64,000 bases of DNA from a virus. This document shows positions 19,206 to 29,985 of this stretch, piece after piece (position 1 is the stretch's first letter; each line of letters opens with the position of its first letter). Location: IMG/VR virus record IMGVR_UViG_3300032087_004567; one strand, written 5' to 3'. The position numbers were made by a program, and so were the translations under genes. A model generated the notes under the pieces. The model ran no database searches. It saw only the letters and a list, made by a program, of their open reading frames with translations, and was not told the origin of the DNA.

Positions 19206-19395
19206 AGTAAACATCTTTCTAAGAAAGTTTATGAGAGCTTTATACAATTCAATTAAACACGCAAGACTTGCCCAGGCAAGAGTACATATGCATAGATTTG
19301 ATCAAGACTATGCACAATGGTACTTAAGTCAATCAAAAGATAATTTTGATTTTGAAAAGCGTGAAAGAGAATTAATGTACAAACGCCTTTTATAA
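19171..19395 (+). CDS. hypothetical protein
   Basis: ORF with GGAGG RBS; YLSQSKDNFDFEKRER motif. Confidence 0.55.
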   Translation: MQKSKLKRRLRKVNIFLRKFMRALYNSIKHARLAQARVHMHRFDQDYAQWYLSQSKDNFDFEKRERELMYKRLL

Positions 19396-19413
19396 CTTTC
19401 ATATCACCTAAAT

Positions 19414-19446
19414 AAAAGAGAGGTCCCTAAAAAGACCTCTTTTTTT
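19414..19446 (+). terminator. intrinsic terminator
   Basis: AGAGGTC/GACCTCT stem followed by a T tract. Confidence 0.8.
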
Positions 19447-19450
19447 CAAT

Positions 19451-19605
19451 TAACTCAGCATTAATGAAAACGTCTTAATTATCCAAGACACTATATTATT
19501 GTAATGCTTTATAGCGCTATTTCGCTTAGTTATAAGAGGGGATAATAAAAACAATATAGTATACTAAAGTCTGATAAGATTAGCGCATAAGAAAGGAGAG
19601 TCCTT
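19451..19605 (+). ncRNA. candidate multi-stem pseudoknotted RNA / structured leader
   Basis: Several perfect 5-8 bp complementarities, nested and crossing (see findings); no family recognised. Confidence 0.4.
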
Positions 19606-19779
19606 ATGAATACTCACGTTTATTCGCTAGATTATTATTTTACTAAGTTAAAGAAGTTAGAAAATATTGTACATGATTTACAGACCGAGATAGAGGTGAC
19701 GAGAAGCAAACTAAAATCTCAGACTGATAGTACAAAATTTGATAAACCGAGAGTACGAATAGGTCCAGATGATGTATAA
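19606..19779 (+). CDS. small coiled-coil hypothetical protein (57 aa, not in the ORF track)
   Basis: MNTHVYSLDYYF...GPDDV with AAGGAG RBS. Confidence 0.6.
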   Translation: MNTHVYSLDYYFTKLKKLENIVHDLQTEIEVTRSKLKSQTDSTKFDKPRVRIGPDDV

Positions 19780-19795
19780 CTTAATGGAGATATAG

Positions 19796-20137
19796 ATGGT
19801 GCAAAAGAAGTTGCAAAAAGGTTCAGAGTATGCAAAGTATGATTTGGATGGAGATGGTATTGTGAGTGATGAGGAATTAGATATGGATGAAAAGATGTTA
19901 AGACTTCAAGATTTAAAGTCTGATATCGAAAATGAAGATAAGAAACAAGATTCGCAGCGACAAATGGCATGGATGGCTTTAATAGGAATGTTATTCTATC
20001 CTCTTGTCACTATTGCTGCTGATTATTTTGGTTTAAAAGCTGACATATTAGCTTCAATGGCTGATTTGTATTTTATTGCTAGTGCTGGTATTGTTGCAGC
20101 ATTCTACGGAAAAGAAGCATATCTCGGTAGAAAATAA
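19796..20137 (+). CDS. membrane protein with an EF-hand-like loop
   Basis: DLDGDGIVSDEE followed by two hydrophobic helices. Confidence 0.65.
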   Translation: MVQKKLQKGSEYAKYDLDGDGIVSDEELDMDEKMLRLQDLKSDIENEDKKQDSQRQMAWMALIGMLFYPLVTIAADYFGLKADILASMADLYFIASAGIVAAFYGKEAYLGRK

Positions 20138-20143
20138 TACCTG

Positions 20144-20172
20144 TTGATTTTATTATGTTCGTATGATATAAT
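20144..20172 (+). promoter_or_regulatory. early sigma70-type promoter for gp43
   Basis: TTGATT-N17-TATAAT; ATG lies 6 nt after the -10 box, so the mRNA is essentially leaderless. Confidence 0.75.
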
Positions 20173-20178
20173 TGTGAT

Positions 20179-22728
20179 ATGAGTAAATTTTATACAAGTG
20201 TCTTTATGAATCGCGGTGATGTATTGCTACGTGGTTATGAGAACGGTAAGCGAGTACAACATGCAATACATTACAAACCATATCTTTTTGTTGGTTCAAG
20301 GATAAAAGATACTGATTATCGAACTATCAAAGGTAAGCCTGTTGATAAAATAGAGTTTGGTAGTGTATATGAAGCACGCGAGTTTTTAAGAAAGTATAAA
20401 GGTGTAGATGGAATGGACATCTACGGTCTGACTAATTTTATCTACACCTTTATTCATGATCATTATCCGGGCACAATCGACTACGACCCTAAACTAATCT
20501 CCGTTGTCTCGATCGATATTGAGACGTCCGCCGAAGGAGGTTTTCCAGATATTCAATCTGCTGATAAAGAAATAACTGCCATTACTATTAGTAAAAAAGG
20601 CAAAATGGTTGTGCTTGGATATAATGATTTCGAAATACCCCAAGGTGAAGAAGATAACATTACCTATTTGAAATGTGAATCTGAATCAGATCTACTTAAT
20701 AAGTTTATAAAGGTATGGAGATCCACACAATTTATTCCTGATGTTGTTACTGGTTGGAACTGTGAGTTCTTTGATATGCCCTACATTATAAATCGTATTA
20801 GTAGAATTATTGGACCTGAAAGTGCAAAAAGACTATCGCCTTGGGGTATAATATCGTATCGTGAAGTAGAGATAGCAGGTAGACAATATAGTATTCCTGA
20901 GATAGTAGGTATTACTATCTTAGATTATATGCAGTTGTATAAGAAGTTCTCTTTTACAATGCAAGAAAGTTACAAATTAGATTACATTGCCCAGGTCGTC
21001 CTTGGTGAGCGTAAACTTGATTATGATGCTCTTGGTTATGCTAACTTAGATGAGTTCTATAAAGGAAATTATCAAAAGTACATTGAATATAATATTCAGG
21101 ACGTGCGACTGGTAGATAGATTAGAAGATAAACTTAAATTCATAGAACAGGTGTTCGCCCTTGCCTATGATGGAAAGACTAATTATCTAGATACGTTTAC
21201 CTCAGTACGATCTTGGGACATGTATATCCATAATGAGTTACTATCTAAGAAGATAGTTATACCTCAGTTTGATCCATCAGAAAGAGCTAAAGATAATCCT
21301 ATTGAAGGTGCCTATGTTAAAGAACCTAAAGTAGGTATGCATAAATGGGTTGTATCTTTTGACTTAAATAGTCTATACCCTCATTTGATCATGCAATATA
21401 ATATCTCACCTGAAACCTTTGTAGATACTATATCTTCTCTGAGTGTGAAAGATGGAGTGGATAAGATACTTAATGGTGCATTGAATGATCCTGCAATAAG
21501 AAATGAAATGGAATCACAAAATGTAACTGTTGCTGCAACCGGTTGTATGTTTGATAAAGACTATCAAGGCTTTTTACCTCAGATGATGCAACGACTATAT
21601 GATGATAGGGTAAAGTTTAAGAATCAGATGATCGAGGCTAAGAAGAAGTATGAGAAAGAAAAAACATATGAACTAGAAAAGGAGATAGCACGTTGTCATA
21701 ATATGCAGCTTGCTAAAAAGATTCAGCTTAACTCGGTTTATGGTGCATTAGGTAACAAGTACTTTAGATGGTATGATCCTAGATATGCTGAATCGATTAC
21801 TAAGTCCGGTCAGTTATCTATTCGTTGGATGGAGAATAAAATAAATGGTTATCTGAATAAAGTACTTAAGACTGATAATGAAGATTATGTAATAGCTGTT
21901 GATACTGATTCGATGTATATAAACTTAGATGAGTTTGTACAAAAGACTTGTGAAGGTAAAACTACAGAGGATATAGTTAAGTACTTAGATAAAGTTTGTA
22001 ATGATGTCTTTGAACCTTTCATTGATAGATGCTATGAAGAGTTAGGTAAGTATGTTAATGCCTATGATCAGAAGATGAAGATGAAAAGAGAGGCAATAGC
22101 TGATAAAGGTATATGGACTGCTAAAAAGAGATATATTCTTAATGTAAGAAATAACGAGGGTGTTCAATATAAAGAACCTCAGTTAAAGATTATGGGTATT
22201 GAGGCAGTTAGATCTTCTACTCCTGCTATAATTAGACAAACGATTAAAGATGCATTGAAACTAATTATGACTAAGACTGAAGATGATGTAATTGATTTTA
22301 TTGCACAGCAACGAGAAGACTTTCGTGGTAGACCTTTTGAAGATGTAGCCTTTCCAAGAGGTTGTAAAGAGATAGAAAAATGGATGGATAATAGTACCAG
22401 TATAAAAGTATATAAGTCTGGTTGTCCTATTCATGTGAAAGGTGCTATACTATATAATCTTTTATTAGAACAAAAGAAGCTAACTAATAAATATGAGAAG
22501 ATAAACAGGGGTGAGAAAATAAAGTTTAGTTATCTTAAGATGCCTAACTTTATTGGAGAACATGTAATTAGTTCACCTGATAAATTACCTGAAGAGTTTG
22601 AATTGAATGAGTTTATAGATTATGATATGCAATTTCAAAAGTCCTTCCTTGACCCTTTAAAAACTATTCTTGATGTCATAGGTTGGGAAACAGAACGACG
22701 TAATACATTGGAGAATTTTTTCGCATGA
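20179..22728 (+). CDS. gp43: family B DNA polymerase gp43
   Basis: Exonuclease motifs DIET and TGWNCEFFD; polymerase motifs SFDLNSLYPH, KIQLNSVYG, DTDS, KKRY. Confidence 0.98.
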   Translation: MSKFYTSVFMNRGDVLLRGYENGKRVQHAIHYKPYLFVGSRIKDTDYRTIKGKPVDKIEFGSVYEAREFLRKYKGVDGMDIYGLTNFIYTFIHDHYPGTIDYDPKLISVVSIDIETSAEGGFPDIQSADKEITAITISKKGKMVVLGYNDFEIPQGEEDNITYLKCESESDLLNKFIKVWRSTQFIPDVVTGWNCEFFDMPYIINRISRIIGPESAKRLSPWGIISYREVEIAGRQYSIPEIVGITILDYMQLYKKFSFTMQESYKLDYIAQVVLGERKLDYDALGYANLDEFYKGNYQKYIEYNIQDVRLVDRLEDKLKFIEQVFALAYDGKTNYLDTFTSVRSWDMYIHNELLSKKIVIPQFDPSERAKDNPIEGAYVKEPKVGMHKWVVSFDLNSLYPHLIMQYNISPETFVDTISSLSVKDGVDKILNGALNDPAIRNEMESQNVTVAATGCMFDKDYQGFLPQMMQRLYDDRVKFKNQMIEAKKKYEKEKTYELEKEIARCHNMQLAKKIQLNSVYGALGNKYFRWYDPRYAESITKSGQLSIRWMENKINGYLNKVLKTDNEDYVIAVDTDSMYINLDEFVQKTCEGKTTEDIVKYLDKVCNDVFEPFIDRCYEELGKYVNAYDQKMKMKREAIADKGIWTAKKRYILNVRNNEGVQYKEPQLKIMGIEAVRSSTPAIIRQTIKDALKLIMTKTEDDVIDFIAQQREDFRGRPFEDVAFPRGCKEIEKWMDNSTSIKVYKSGCPIHVKGAILYNLLLEQKKLTNKYEKINRGEKIKFSYLKMPNFIGEHVISSPDKLPEEFELNEFIDYDMQFQKSFLDPLKTILDVIGWETERRNTLENFFA

Positions 22729-23018
22729 GTACAAAGTTTGAAGTAGACGATTTTGATAATGATTTTGGTTTTTCAGCTGTTAGTGAAGATGAGTTAAAGT
22801 CATTAGAAAGACAACAAGCAGATGAGTTGCAACAAAAGGATAAGAAGTTAGAAGAAATTGAAACTACTTATAAAGGTAAATTAGAACAATTATATAAAAC
22901 TATTATTCCTTTGTTAAAAAATCTTGCTAAAGATGACGATAAAGATTATATCTATTGGCCTAATAGAAAGGCTAGAATGGAAAAGTTTATTCATAAAATA
23001 GATAGAATAGTAGGTTAA
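22725..23018 (+). CDS. conserved hypothetical protein
   Basis: DFGFSAV...PLLKNL...YIYWPNR motif. Confidence 0.65.
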   Translation: MSTKFEVDDFDNDFGFSAVSEDELKSLERQQADELQQKDKKLEEIETTYKGKLEQLYKTIIPLLKNLAKDDDKDYIYWPNRKARMEKFIHKIDRIVG

Positions 23019-23965
23019 TGTTAAATTACATTCTACTACTTACTGCATTGCTATTGTCTGGTGTTGCAGCTTATTATTCTATAGTAGGATTAACTGCTAT
23101 ATTTGCTGCTGCCTTTTGGCCTATAGTCATTATGGGTAGTACGTTAGAGTTAGGTAAGGTTGTAGGTACTTCATGGGTGTATAGAAACTGGCATGAGGCT
23201 CCTGCATTAATAAAATATTATCTTGCATCTGCAATTGTTATACTTTCAATAATTACATCACTTGGTATATTTGGATTTCTATCTAAAGCACATTTAGATC
23301 AAGCATTACCTGTGGGTGATATAGATGATCAAGTACAGCTTTATGATCAACAAATACAAAATGAAAGAGATAATATAACACAGTTAAAAACCTTATTACA
23401 ACAGATGGATGATGTTGTAAAGAGTAAACTAAACCAAGAAGGTAGAACGTTAAAGAGAAAAGGTTTAGAAAATGAAGAGGGTGAAACTGAATACTATCTT
23501 GAGAAAGAAGATGTAACTGAACGTGCACTTAGAATTAGAAGAAGTCAGGCAAAAGATAGAGCTAAAATTATAGATGAGATAAAAGTAAGTCAAAATAAAA
23601 TTATAGAATTAACAAAAGAGAAAGCACCTATTGAAAAAGAATATAGAAACTTAGAGGCAGAAGTAGGACCTATTAAGTATGTTGCTGAGTTAATCTATGG
23701 TGATTCTGATAGAGAATTATTAGAACAAGCAGTAAGAGCTGTTATTATTCTAATTGTATTTGTATTTGATCCTTTAGCGCTAATGCTTATTATAGCTGCT
23801 AACTTTGGTATAAAATATTCTAAACCTGTAGAGGAAAAAAGAGGTAGAGGTAGACCAAAAGGTTCTACTAATAAACCTAAATGGGTTGAAAGAGTAGTAG
23901 TACACAAAGAAAAGAGAGATCCAAATAAAGTAGAGATAGATAAAGACTCAATTGTTAAAATGTAG
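23018..23965 (+). CDS. multi-pass membrane protein with coiled coil and a C-terminal AT-hook-like motif
   Basis: N-terminal TM helices, GIFGFLSKAH, EVGPIKY, FVFDPLA, KRGRGRPKGS. Confidence 0.7.
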   Translation: MLNYILLLTALLLSGVAAYYSIVGLTAIFAAAFWPIVIMGSTLELGKVVGTSWVYRNWHEAPALIKYYLASAIVILSIITSLGIFGFLSKAHLDQALPVGDIDDQVQLYDQQIQNERDNITQLKTLLQQMDDVVKSKLNQEGRTLKRKGLENEEGETEYYLEKEDVTERALRIRRSQAKDRAKIIDEIKVSQNKIIELTKEKAPIEKEYRNLEAEVGPIKYVAELIYGDSDRELLEQAVRAVIILIVFVFDPLALMLIIAANFGIKYSKPVEEKRGRGRPKGSTNKPKWVERVVVHKEKRDPNKVEIDKDSIVKM

Positions 23966-23970
23966 TCAAG

Positions 23971-23999
23971 TTGAACTAATAATGTTTATTGTATATAAT
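23971..23999 (+). promoter_or_regulatory. early sigma70-type promoter
   Basis: TTGAAC-N17-TATAAT upstream of uvsX. Confidence 0.65.
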
Positions 24000-24019
24000 T
24001 AAATTTTTATAGGTGAATT

Positions 24020-25084
24020 ATGAATTTTTTTAGAGATTTAGTAAAAGAGATAAAAGATGAAGATACTTCTATTGCCGCTGACGGTGCCGGTTCTGCTGAG
24101 TTTGGTAGTTTTATTGATACTGGTAGCTACATGCTCAATGCTGTGCTCTCGGGCAGCATATATGGTGGCGTTCCTGATAACAAAGTTACTGCATTTGCAG
24201 GAGAGTCCGCTACTGGAAAAACTTATTTCGTATTGGGTGTCGTTAGATCCTTCCTCGAAAAAAACCCCGAAGGAGGAGTAGTTTATTACGATACTGAAGC
24301 TGCTGTAACTAAAGGTATGATGGAGGAGAGAGGGATTGATACTACCAGGGTAATACTCTCTGAACCTGATACGATTCAGAAATTTAAAACTCATGCATTA
24401 AAGATGATTGATGCATATGATAAGCAACCAGAGGAGACTAGACCTCCAATGTTGTTTGTTCTAGATAGTTTAGGCCTTCTATCTACCACGAAAGAAATGG
24501 AAGATAGTTTGGAAGGTAAGGATACGAGAGATATGACTAAGGCGCAAGTTATTAAAGCTGCCTTTCGCGTACTCACGTTAAAGTTGGCAAAGGTAAATGT
24601 ACCTATGCTAGTTACTAACCATGTGTATGATCTTGTTGGATCATATGTACCAATGAAGGAGCTAGGTGGTGGATCAGGACTTAAATATGCTGCCAGTACT
24701 GTTGCGATGCTCACTAAGAAGAAAGAAAAAGACTCTTCAGGGGCAATCGTCGGTAATGTCATCAAAGTTAAGATGTATAAATCCCGACTATCAAAAGAAC
24801 ATAAACAAGTCGAAGTGCTACTTACTTACGACAAAGGTCTAGATAGGTATTATGGTCTTTTAGATTTAGCCGAGAAGTATAGTATCTTTAAAAAAGTATC
24901 TACGCGATATGAATTGCCAGATGGTAGTAAGGCGTTTGGTAAACAAATTAATAATAATCCAGAAAAATATTATACTGAAGATATTCTAAAGCAAATAGAA
25001 GAGGCTGCAGGTAAAGAATATAAGTATGGATCGGTTGAGGGAATAGATGATAGAGAAGACGATACTGAGCAGACTGCTGCATGA
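24020..25084 (+). CDS. uvsX: RecA-like recombinase UvsX
   Basis: [36 protein letters not shown]. Confidence 0.95.
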   Translation: MNFFRDLVKEIKDEDTSIAADGAGSAEFGSFIDTGSYMLNAVLSGSIYGGVPDNKVTAFAGESATGKTYFVLGVVRSFLEKNPEGGVVYYDTEAAVTKGMMEERGIDTTRVILSEPDTIQKFKTHALKMIDAYDKQPEETRPPMLFVLDSLGLLSTTKEMEDSLEGKDTRDMTKAQVIKAAFRVLTLKLAKVNVPMLVTNHVYDLVGSYVPMKELGGGSGLKYAASTVAMLTKKKEKDSSGAIVGNVIKVKMYKSRLSKEHKQVEVLLTYDKGLDRYYGLLDLAEKYSIFKKVSTRYELPDGSKAFGKQINNNPEKYYTEDILKQIEEAAGKEYKYGSVEGIDDREDDTEQTAA

Positions 25085-26435
25085 TGATGATTTCTTAAGA
25101 AAAACAATACCATTTCTTAAAGCAGAGTATTTTACAGATAGACATTTTCAATCTTTATATAACGTAATAAATGACTATGTTGAGAAGTATAACAATAGTC
25201 CTACCATACCTGCGTTAAAGATAGAAGTAGAAAATCTAACTGGTGTTAGTGATGATGATATAAAAGAAATCTATAACACTATAAATGAATTTAAAGAAGA
25301 TGATAGTAACCAGCAATGGCTACTTGATGAGACTGAAAAGTTTTGTCAGAATAAGGCAATCTATAATGCTATAATGAAATCTATTTCTATCATGGATGGT
25401 AGAGATAAAGAGAATGCAAAAGGTAATATACCTGATATACTTTCAAAGGCTTTAGCGGTATCTTTTGATACCCATATTGGTCATGACTTCTTAGATGATT
25501 ATAATGAAAGATATGATTTTTATCATAAAAAAGAAATACGTATACCTTTTGATTTAGATTACTTAAATAGAATAACTAAAGGTGGTCTACCTAAGAAGAC
25601 TTTAAATATAGCCCTTGCCGGTACCGGTGTTGGTAAGTCGTTATTCATGTGTCACTGTGCTGCAGCTAATCTTACTGCAGGTCAAAATGTACTTTACATC
25701 TCCCTAGAGATGTCCGAGGAAAAGATAGCAGAACGTATAGATGCCAACTTACTGAATGTACAAGTAGATGAACTAACCGTATTACCTAGAGATGCATATG
25801 AAAAGAAAGTAAATAGAGTACGAGAAAAGACAGCAGGTAAGTTAATTATAAAAGAGTATCCTACTGCTGCAGCTGGTGCAAATCACTTTAGACATCTACT
25901 TAACGAACTAAAACTTAAAAAATCCTTTATCCCTGATATCATATATGTTGATTACCTAAATATTTGTATATCCTCACGGTTAAGGTATGGATCTAATATT
26001 AACACATATAGTTACATTAAGTCTATATCAGAAGAGTTGAGAGGATTAGCTGTAGAGTATGATTTACCAATTGTTAGTGCTACCCAGACTACTCGTTCGG
26101 GTTACTCTAATACTGATTTAGGTTTAGAAGATACGTCTGAATCGTTTGGATTACCTGCTACTGCTGACTTAATGTTTGCTTTAATATCCTCTGAAGAATT
26201 GGAGAATTTAGGTCAAATGATGGTTAAGCAGTTGAAAAATAGATATAATGATCCAACGTTATATAAGAAGTTTGTTATTGGTGTCGATAGATCTAAAATG
26301 AAATTATATGATGTAGAACAAAGAGCTCAAGAAGATATAGTAGATGATAAGCCGTTATTTGATGACTCTAAAACAGGTAAGAGAGTTGGTTCTGAGCGTA
26401 AATCCAGACAGGATGTATTTAAGGAGTTAATATGA
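25047..26435 (+). CDS. gp41: replicative DNA helicase gp41
   Basis: [48 protein letters not shown]. Confidence 0.96.
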   Translation: MIEKTILSRLLHDDDFLRKTIPFLKAEYFTDRHFQSLYNVINDYVEKYNNSPTIPALKIEVENLTGVSDDDIKEIYNTINEFKEDDSNQQWLLDETEKFCQNKAIYNAIMKSISIMDGRDKENAKGNIPDILSKALAVSFDTHIGHDFLDDYNERYDFYHKKEIRIPFDLDYLNRITKGGLPKKTLNIALAGTGVGKSLFMCHCAAANLTAGQNVLYISLEMSEEKIAERIDANLLNVQVDELTVLPRDAYEKKVNRVREKTAGKLIIKEYPTAAAGANHFRHLLNELKLKKSFIPDIIYVDYLNICISSRLRYGSNINTYSYIKSISEELRGLAVEYDLPIVSATQTTRSGYSNTDLGLEDTSESFGLPATADLMFALISSEELENLGQMMVKQLKNRYNDPTLYKKFVIGVDRSKMKLYDVEQRAQEDIVDDKPLFDDSKTGKRVGSERKSRQDVFKELI

Positions 26436-26579
26436 GAAAGCTTTTAATTTGGTCAATAATGTTTCCTATACAATGCTTTACCATTATTGGTGTTTATGCG
26501 TTAAATATTACGAGAAGTCTACTACAGGCACCATCTGATGCATGGGTTCATGCTGAAATTTTAAATGATACAATAGAAG

Positions 26580-27104
26580 ATGAAGTGGAGTGAATACGAT
26601 ACATATAATTATTGGTACCCTAAAAATCATATTATGCAAATTGAAGTCACCGGACACAGGTCTAAAAAGATAAAAGAAATTGTTTATAGAGCTGTAGAAT
26701 ATTATTGTACATTATTATTAGATAAAAGACGTGCAAAGTCTTTATGGATTGAAGTTGAATTAAAAAATAGACTTGATAACGATGCAGAAGGCTATTGCTT
26801 CTATGAAGGGTACGATAGAGGCAATAGAGACTTTACTATACAAATTGCCAAACATTTTAAACTAGAAAATATTCTTAAGAACATAGCCCATGAATGTGTT
26901 CATCTTAAACAATTTGCAAAAGGTGAACTTAAGGATAACTTTAATCGATCAAGTTTTTGGATGGGTAAGAAGTTTGATGATCAGGCACATGACTACTATG
27001 ATCTACCATGGGAGATAGAGGCATTTGGTAGAGAACAAGGATTGTATTATAAATTTTTAAGAGATAATCCAATAGAAAAAAGTCTATTGAATAAGTTTAT
27101 TTAA
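26580..27104 (+). CDS. putative zinc metallopeptidase (HExxH)
   Basis: IAHECVHLKQ and YYDLPWEIEA; true start may be the ATG at 26634. Confidence 0.7.
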   Translation: MKWSEYDTYNYWYPKNHIMQIEVTGHRSKKIKEIVYRAVEYYCTLLLDKRRAKSLWIEVELKNRLDNDAEGYCFYEGYDRGNRDFTIQIAKHFKLENILKNIAHECVHLKQFAKGELKDNFNRSSFWMGKKFDDQAHDYYDLPWEIEAFGREQGLYYKFLRDNPIEKSLLNKFI

Positions 27105-27274
27105 TCAGCATCTGCTATTGTTAATATTCCTTCATTAACCTGACGCATGATTTCGGCATAATGAGTGTTATCCAAATCTATTGGGACAGACCAAGTAACT
27201 CCGTCTATAGTACAACTTACTGATTGAAGTTCTCCATCAGTCCCTCTCGCATATTGTGCATTAGTAATTTCCAT
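27101..27274 (-). CDS. small tail-fibre assembly chaperone-like protein (57 aa, not in the ORF track)
   Basis: MEITNAQY...VPIDLDNTHYAEI...TIADAD directly downstream of a fibre gene; GGAG RBS. Confidence 0.6.
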   Translation of the reverse strand: MEITNAQYARGTDGELQSVSCTIDGVTWSVPIDLDNTHYAEIMRQVNEGILTIADAD

Positions 27275-27282
27275 ATTAACTC

Positions 27283-28452
27283 CTATAGTTCTGCGTCTGC
27301 TTCATAATGAAATAAAAGTCCCCCTCCAGTATTACCACCAACGGTAACAGTAAAATAAGGGAATCCAGTTCTTCCTCTATCGATAACAGAAACTGTTCCT
27401 AAATCTGTATCTGCTGCAGTTGTAGTACCATCAACACCTAAATATTTATGGGCATCACCAGCCACATTATCACTTGGCCTTCTTATAGTAACTGATGGAA
27501 ATGCTCTCATTGTAACAGGAAATGTAGTGCCTGATGCATAACGAGTGCCTGATATCCCATGAGCAAATGAAGCTCCAGGGTATGTACTTCCACTTATTTG
27601 CCTTGTATTATAATAATACCTAAAACATTTTTGTTCTATTTTATCAACTGGCTCGAACTCAAATCCTGTAGCTTGATCTCCTACTTCTAGTTGCCAACCT
27701 GTGGTTAAAAATTCGTTACTTGTAGAATCTGCTAGATTGACTTGGTTAGGTGATACCCTATTTGCATTAGTAGCAGTCGCCCAAGCCGAATCGTTAAAAG
27801 TTCCTGATGTAAAAGTAGTACCAGCACCTAACCAAATTTGTGTTTCGAACGCAAGTCCATTATTATTATTAACTCCCTCTGTAGTATCACCTGGTATGGT
27901 AACTGTTTTTTTCTCCCAAGTATTTGCGTTGTTTATTGTTATTTCTTTAGCTATTTGTCTTTGTGTAGAAGTTCCATACTTATAAAATTCTACAGTGTAT
28001 ACTCCAGTTTTATTTGATTTTACCCAGCAACTAAATGTTAATTGCTTAGCATTACTAGTTCCATGCGCAATATGTTGTATGTTTTGTCCTTCTATGTTTT
28101 GTAAGATCGAATTATAATCCCCAGCTGCTGGACTTGCATCGGCAGTCGTACAATCTATTTTTAAACTGTATCCAAAACCTTGTCCTGATGGAACATCAGT
28201 TGATTGTGCATGCGTCCAGGTTCCCATAGAATTTAATGAGTTACGTATTCTATCTACACTATGATAACCACCAGAAGTTTTACCTGTTGCACTAGTACTT
28301 CTTTGCCAAACATTCATGCCGCCATTGATTAGTAGATTTTTACTTGTTGTTGGATATACTGCATTAACTGTATGCGTTCCATCAGCATTAAATGTGATAT
28401 TATTTGATGTTGCTGAAGGATGTTGAAATGCTTTTGCTTTTATTGTACTCAT
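27283..28452 (-). CDS. tail fibre / receptor-binding protein with a carbohydrate-binding-like domain
   Basis: KNLLINGGMNVWQR, QNIEG, WEKKT, QLEVGDQATGFE, CFRYY, MRAFP, ADAEL pattern. Confidence 0.75.
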   Translation of the reverse strand: MSTIKAKAFQHPSATSNNITFNADGTHTVNAVYPTTSKNLLINGGMNVWQRSTSATGKTSGGYHSVDRIRNSLNSMGTWTHAQSTDVPSGQGFGYSLKIDCTTADASPAAGDYNSILQNIEGQNIQHIAHGTSNAKQLTFSCWVKSNKTGVYTVEFYKYGTSTQRQIAKEITINNANTWEKKTVTIPGDTTEGVNNNNGLAFETQIWLGAGTTFTSGTFNDSAWATATNANRVSPNQVNLADSTSNEFLTTGWQLEVGDQATGFEFEPVDKIEQKCFRYYYNTRQISGSTYPGASFAHGISGTRYASGTTFPVTMRAFPSVTIRRPSDNVAGDAHKYLGVDGTTTAADTDLGTVSVIDRGRTGFPYFTVTVGGNTGGGLLFHYEADAEL

Positions 28453-28748
28453 GAATTATCCTTTGGATACTTATCTTTTATTGCTTGAATTTTAGCGGCC
28501 ATATCATCAGGAAATGCTCCTGCTTTAAATAATGCATCTAACTGATCACCAATAGATGGATACTCTGGTTGTCTTTTTCTTTGATATTCTTTTGCATCAT
28601 ATTCAGCTTGTAATCTAGTAATCTCTGCTTGAATCTCATCTTCAGTAGGCTGGGAGATTCCAGGCGATAACCACTCAATAACTTCACCACGAATAATCCA
28701 TTCTGCTGTTGGTAACAAAGACTTAAGTGCTGTTCCTTTATCTATCAT
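28449..28748 (-). CDS. XkdW-like tail-fibre-associated protein
   Basis: QPTEDEIQAEI...YQRKRQPEYPSIGDQLD...IKDKYPK; start set at the ATG at 28748. Confidence 0.65.
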   Translation of the reverse strand: MIDKGTALKSLLPTAEWIIRGEVIEWLSPGISQPTEDEIQAEITRLQAEYDAKEYQRKRQPEYPSIGDQLDALFKAGAFPDDMAAKIQAIKDKYPKDNS

Positions 28749-29278
28749 ACCACTATCTCCATCAAAGTTATAACACAATTATACAAATAAAAATTATTTC
28801 CCCCACTAGGACTCATATCAGCACTAACTCTATATGTAACTTGACTTGTAGTTGCTGGAGAATCTAAATGTGTAAGAGCAGCGTGTGACCTAGAATTATT
28901 ATTATGTTGATAATTCATAGCATTTCCCCAATTTTGAACAATTTCAGTAGAATCTCTAAAAAGACTAATCCAACAATAATTCGCACCAGAACCACCTCCT
29001 CTTTCAGTAAAACAAGTACTTGTTACTAAAATTTTATTTGAAGATGACGTTGGAGTTATAGTTTGCGAGTGAAAAGTAACATCAGTACTTGTTGAAGTAC
29101 CTGTTTGTATTGTAGATGGATTTTTAGAAGAAACAACCTGAATAATCGTTCCATTACCAGCAGCAATAACACCAGCTCTATCAGGTAATGTTAGTGTTCT
29201 ATCAGTAGAACTATTAGGTGGTTGTATAGTAAAATCACCTGTGTTTGCTGAACTTCCTTTTATTTTAATTACACTCAT
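28745..29278 (-). CDS. short tail fibre / structural protein
   Basis: DRTLTLPD, IIQVVS, ITPTSSSNKILV, LDSPATTSQVTY, ITLMEI. Confidence 0.7.
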   Translation of the reverse strand: MSVIKIKGSSANTGDFTIQPPNSSTDRTLTLPDRAGVIAAGNGTIIQVVSSKNPSTIQTGTSTSTDVTFHSQTITPTSSSNKILVTSTCFTERGGGSGANYCWISLFRDSTEIVQNWGNAMNYQHNNNSRSHAALTHLDSPATTSQVTYRVSADMSPSGGNNFYLYNCVITLMEIVV

Positions 29279-29281
29279 ATT

Positions 29282-29458
29282 TTATTCCGTAATCGCATCT
29301 AATTGTGCTTGAGTTGGTTTTGCTAATGTTGGATGATTCCATACAGCAATGAAGTCACCATTACCATCACTATTATTTTGTAATGTAATAACTCCTGTTG
29401 AAAAATCAAAAGTTTCTAACTCTGGGTATATTGTTACTATTTTGTTATATAAACTCAT
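29282..29458 (-). CDS. small XkdW-like protein (58 aa, not in the ORF track)
   Basis: MSLYNKIVTIYPEL...LQNNSDGNGDFIAVWNHPTLAKPTQAQL. Confidence 0.6.
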   Translation of the reverse strand: MSLYNKIVTIYPELETFDFSTGVITLQNNSDGNGDFIAVWNHPTLAKPTQAQLDAITE

Positions 29459-29985
29459 TAATCTGTCCTCGATAACATTATTTCAATATAAGTAAATGCT
29501 CTGCCACTATTTGAAATATTTACAGTACCACCATTTTGCCAAACATAAATTTCAAAATAATCTGTTGAACCATTACAATGAACTAAACAATTTCCTGATA
29601 GTGCTAAATCAGTAACTGAGTTTTTAACACTTTCTGTTGACGTTCTTGCGTATTCAGCACCATTTCTCCAGACTGCTATGTAAGCAACTTGATTTTGGAG
29701 ACCTAAAAAATATGCTTGGGCCCTCACATAATAATAACCAGCTTGTTGTGGTGTATACCTACTTGACGCAAACCAACCATCTGTGTCAATTTCTTCAGCA
29801 TTAAAAGTTACTTTTGTCCAAGTGCTAGATGAAACTGATTGAGTAGCATCATCTTTATATGCAACAAGCAAAGGAACTTTAGGTGGGGTTGTTGATTCCG
29901 TAGATAGTATTGATCCATTTGTTGATCCTGGTACATCTAAATTGTTTAACTTTCCAGTGCTTGTCCCTGATACTGTTATAGTCAT
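29458..29985 (-). CDS. C1q/TNF-like jelly-roll fibre tip protein
   Basis: WTKVTFNAEEIDTDGWF..SRYTPQQAGYY, NGSTDYFEIYVWQ. Confidence 0.65.
   Translation of the reverse strand: MTITVSGTSTGKLNNLDVPGSTNGSILSTESTTPPKVPLLVAYKDDATQSVSSSTWTKVTFNAEEIDTDGWFASSRYTPQQAGYYYVRAQAYFLGLQNQVAYIAVWRNGAEYARTSTESVKNSVTDLALSGNCLVHCNGSTDYFEIYVWQNGGTVNISNSGRAFTYIEIMLSRTD

Noticed and set aside
19571-19605. Hammerhead ribozyme core (CTGATAAG...GAAA)
   Set aside because: It does not match CUGANGA, and the required three stems are not present.
20179-22728. Intein or intron in gp43 (also considered for nrdA, gp41 and uvsX)
   Set aside because: The ORFs are continuous, of ordinary length, and show no splicing motifs.
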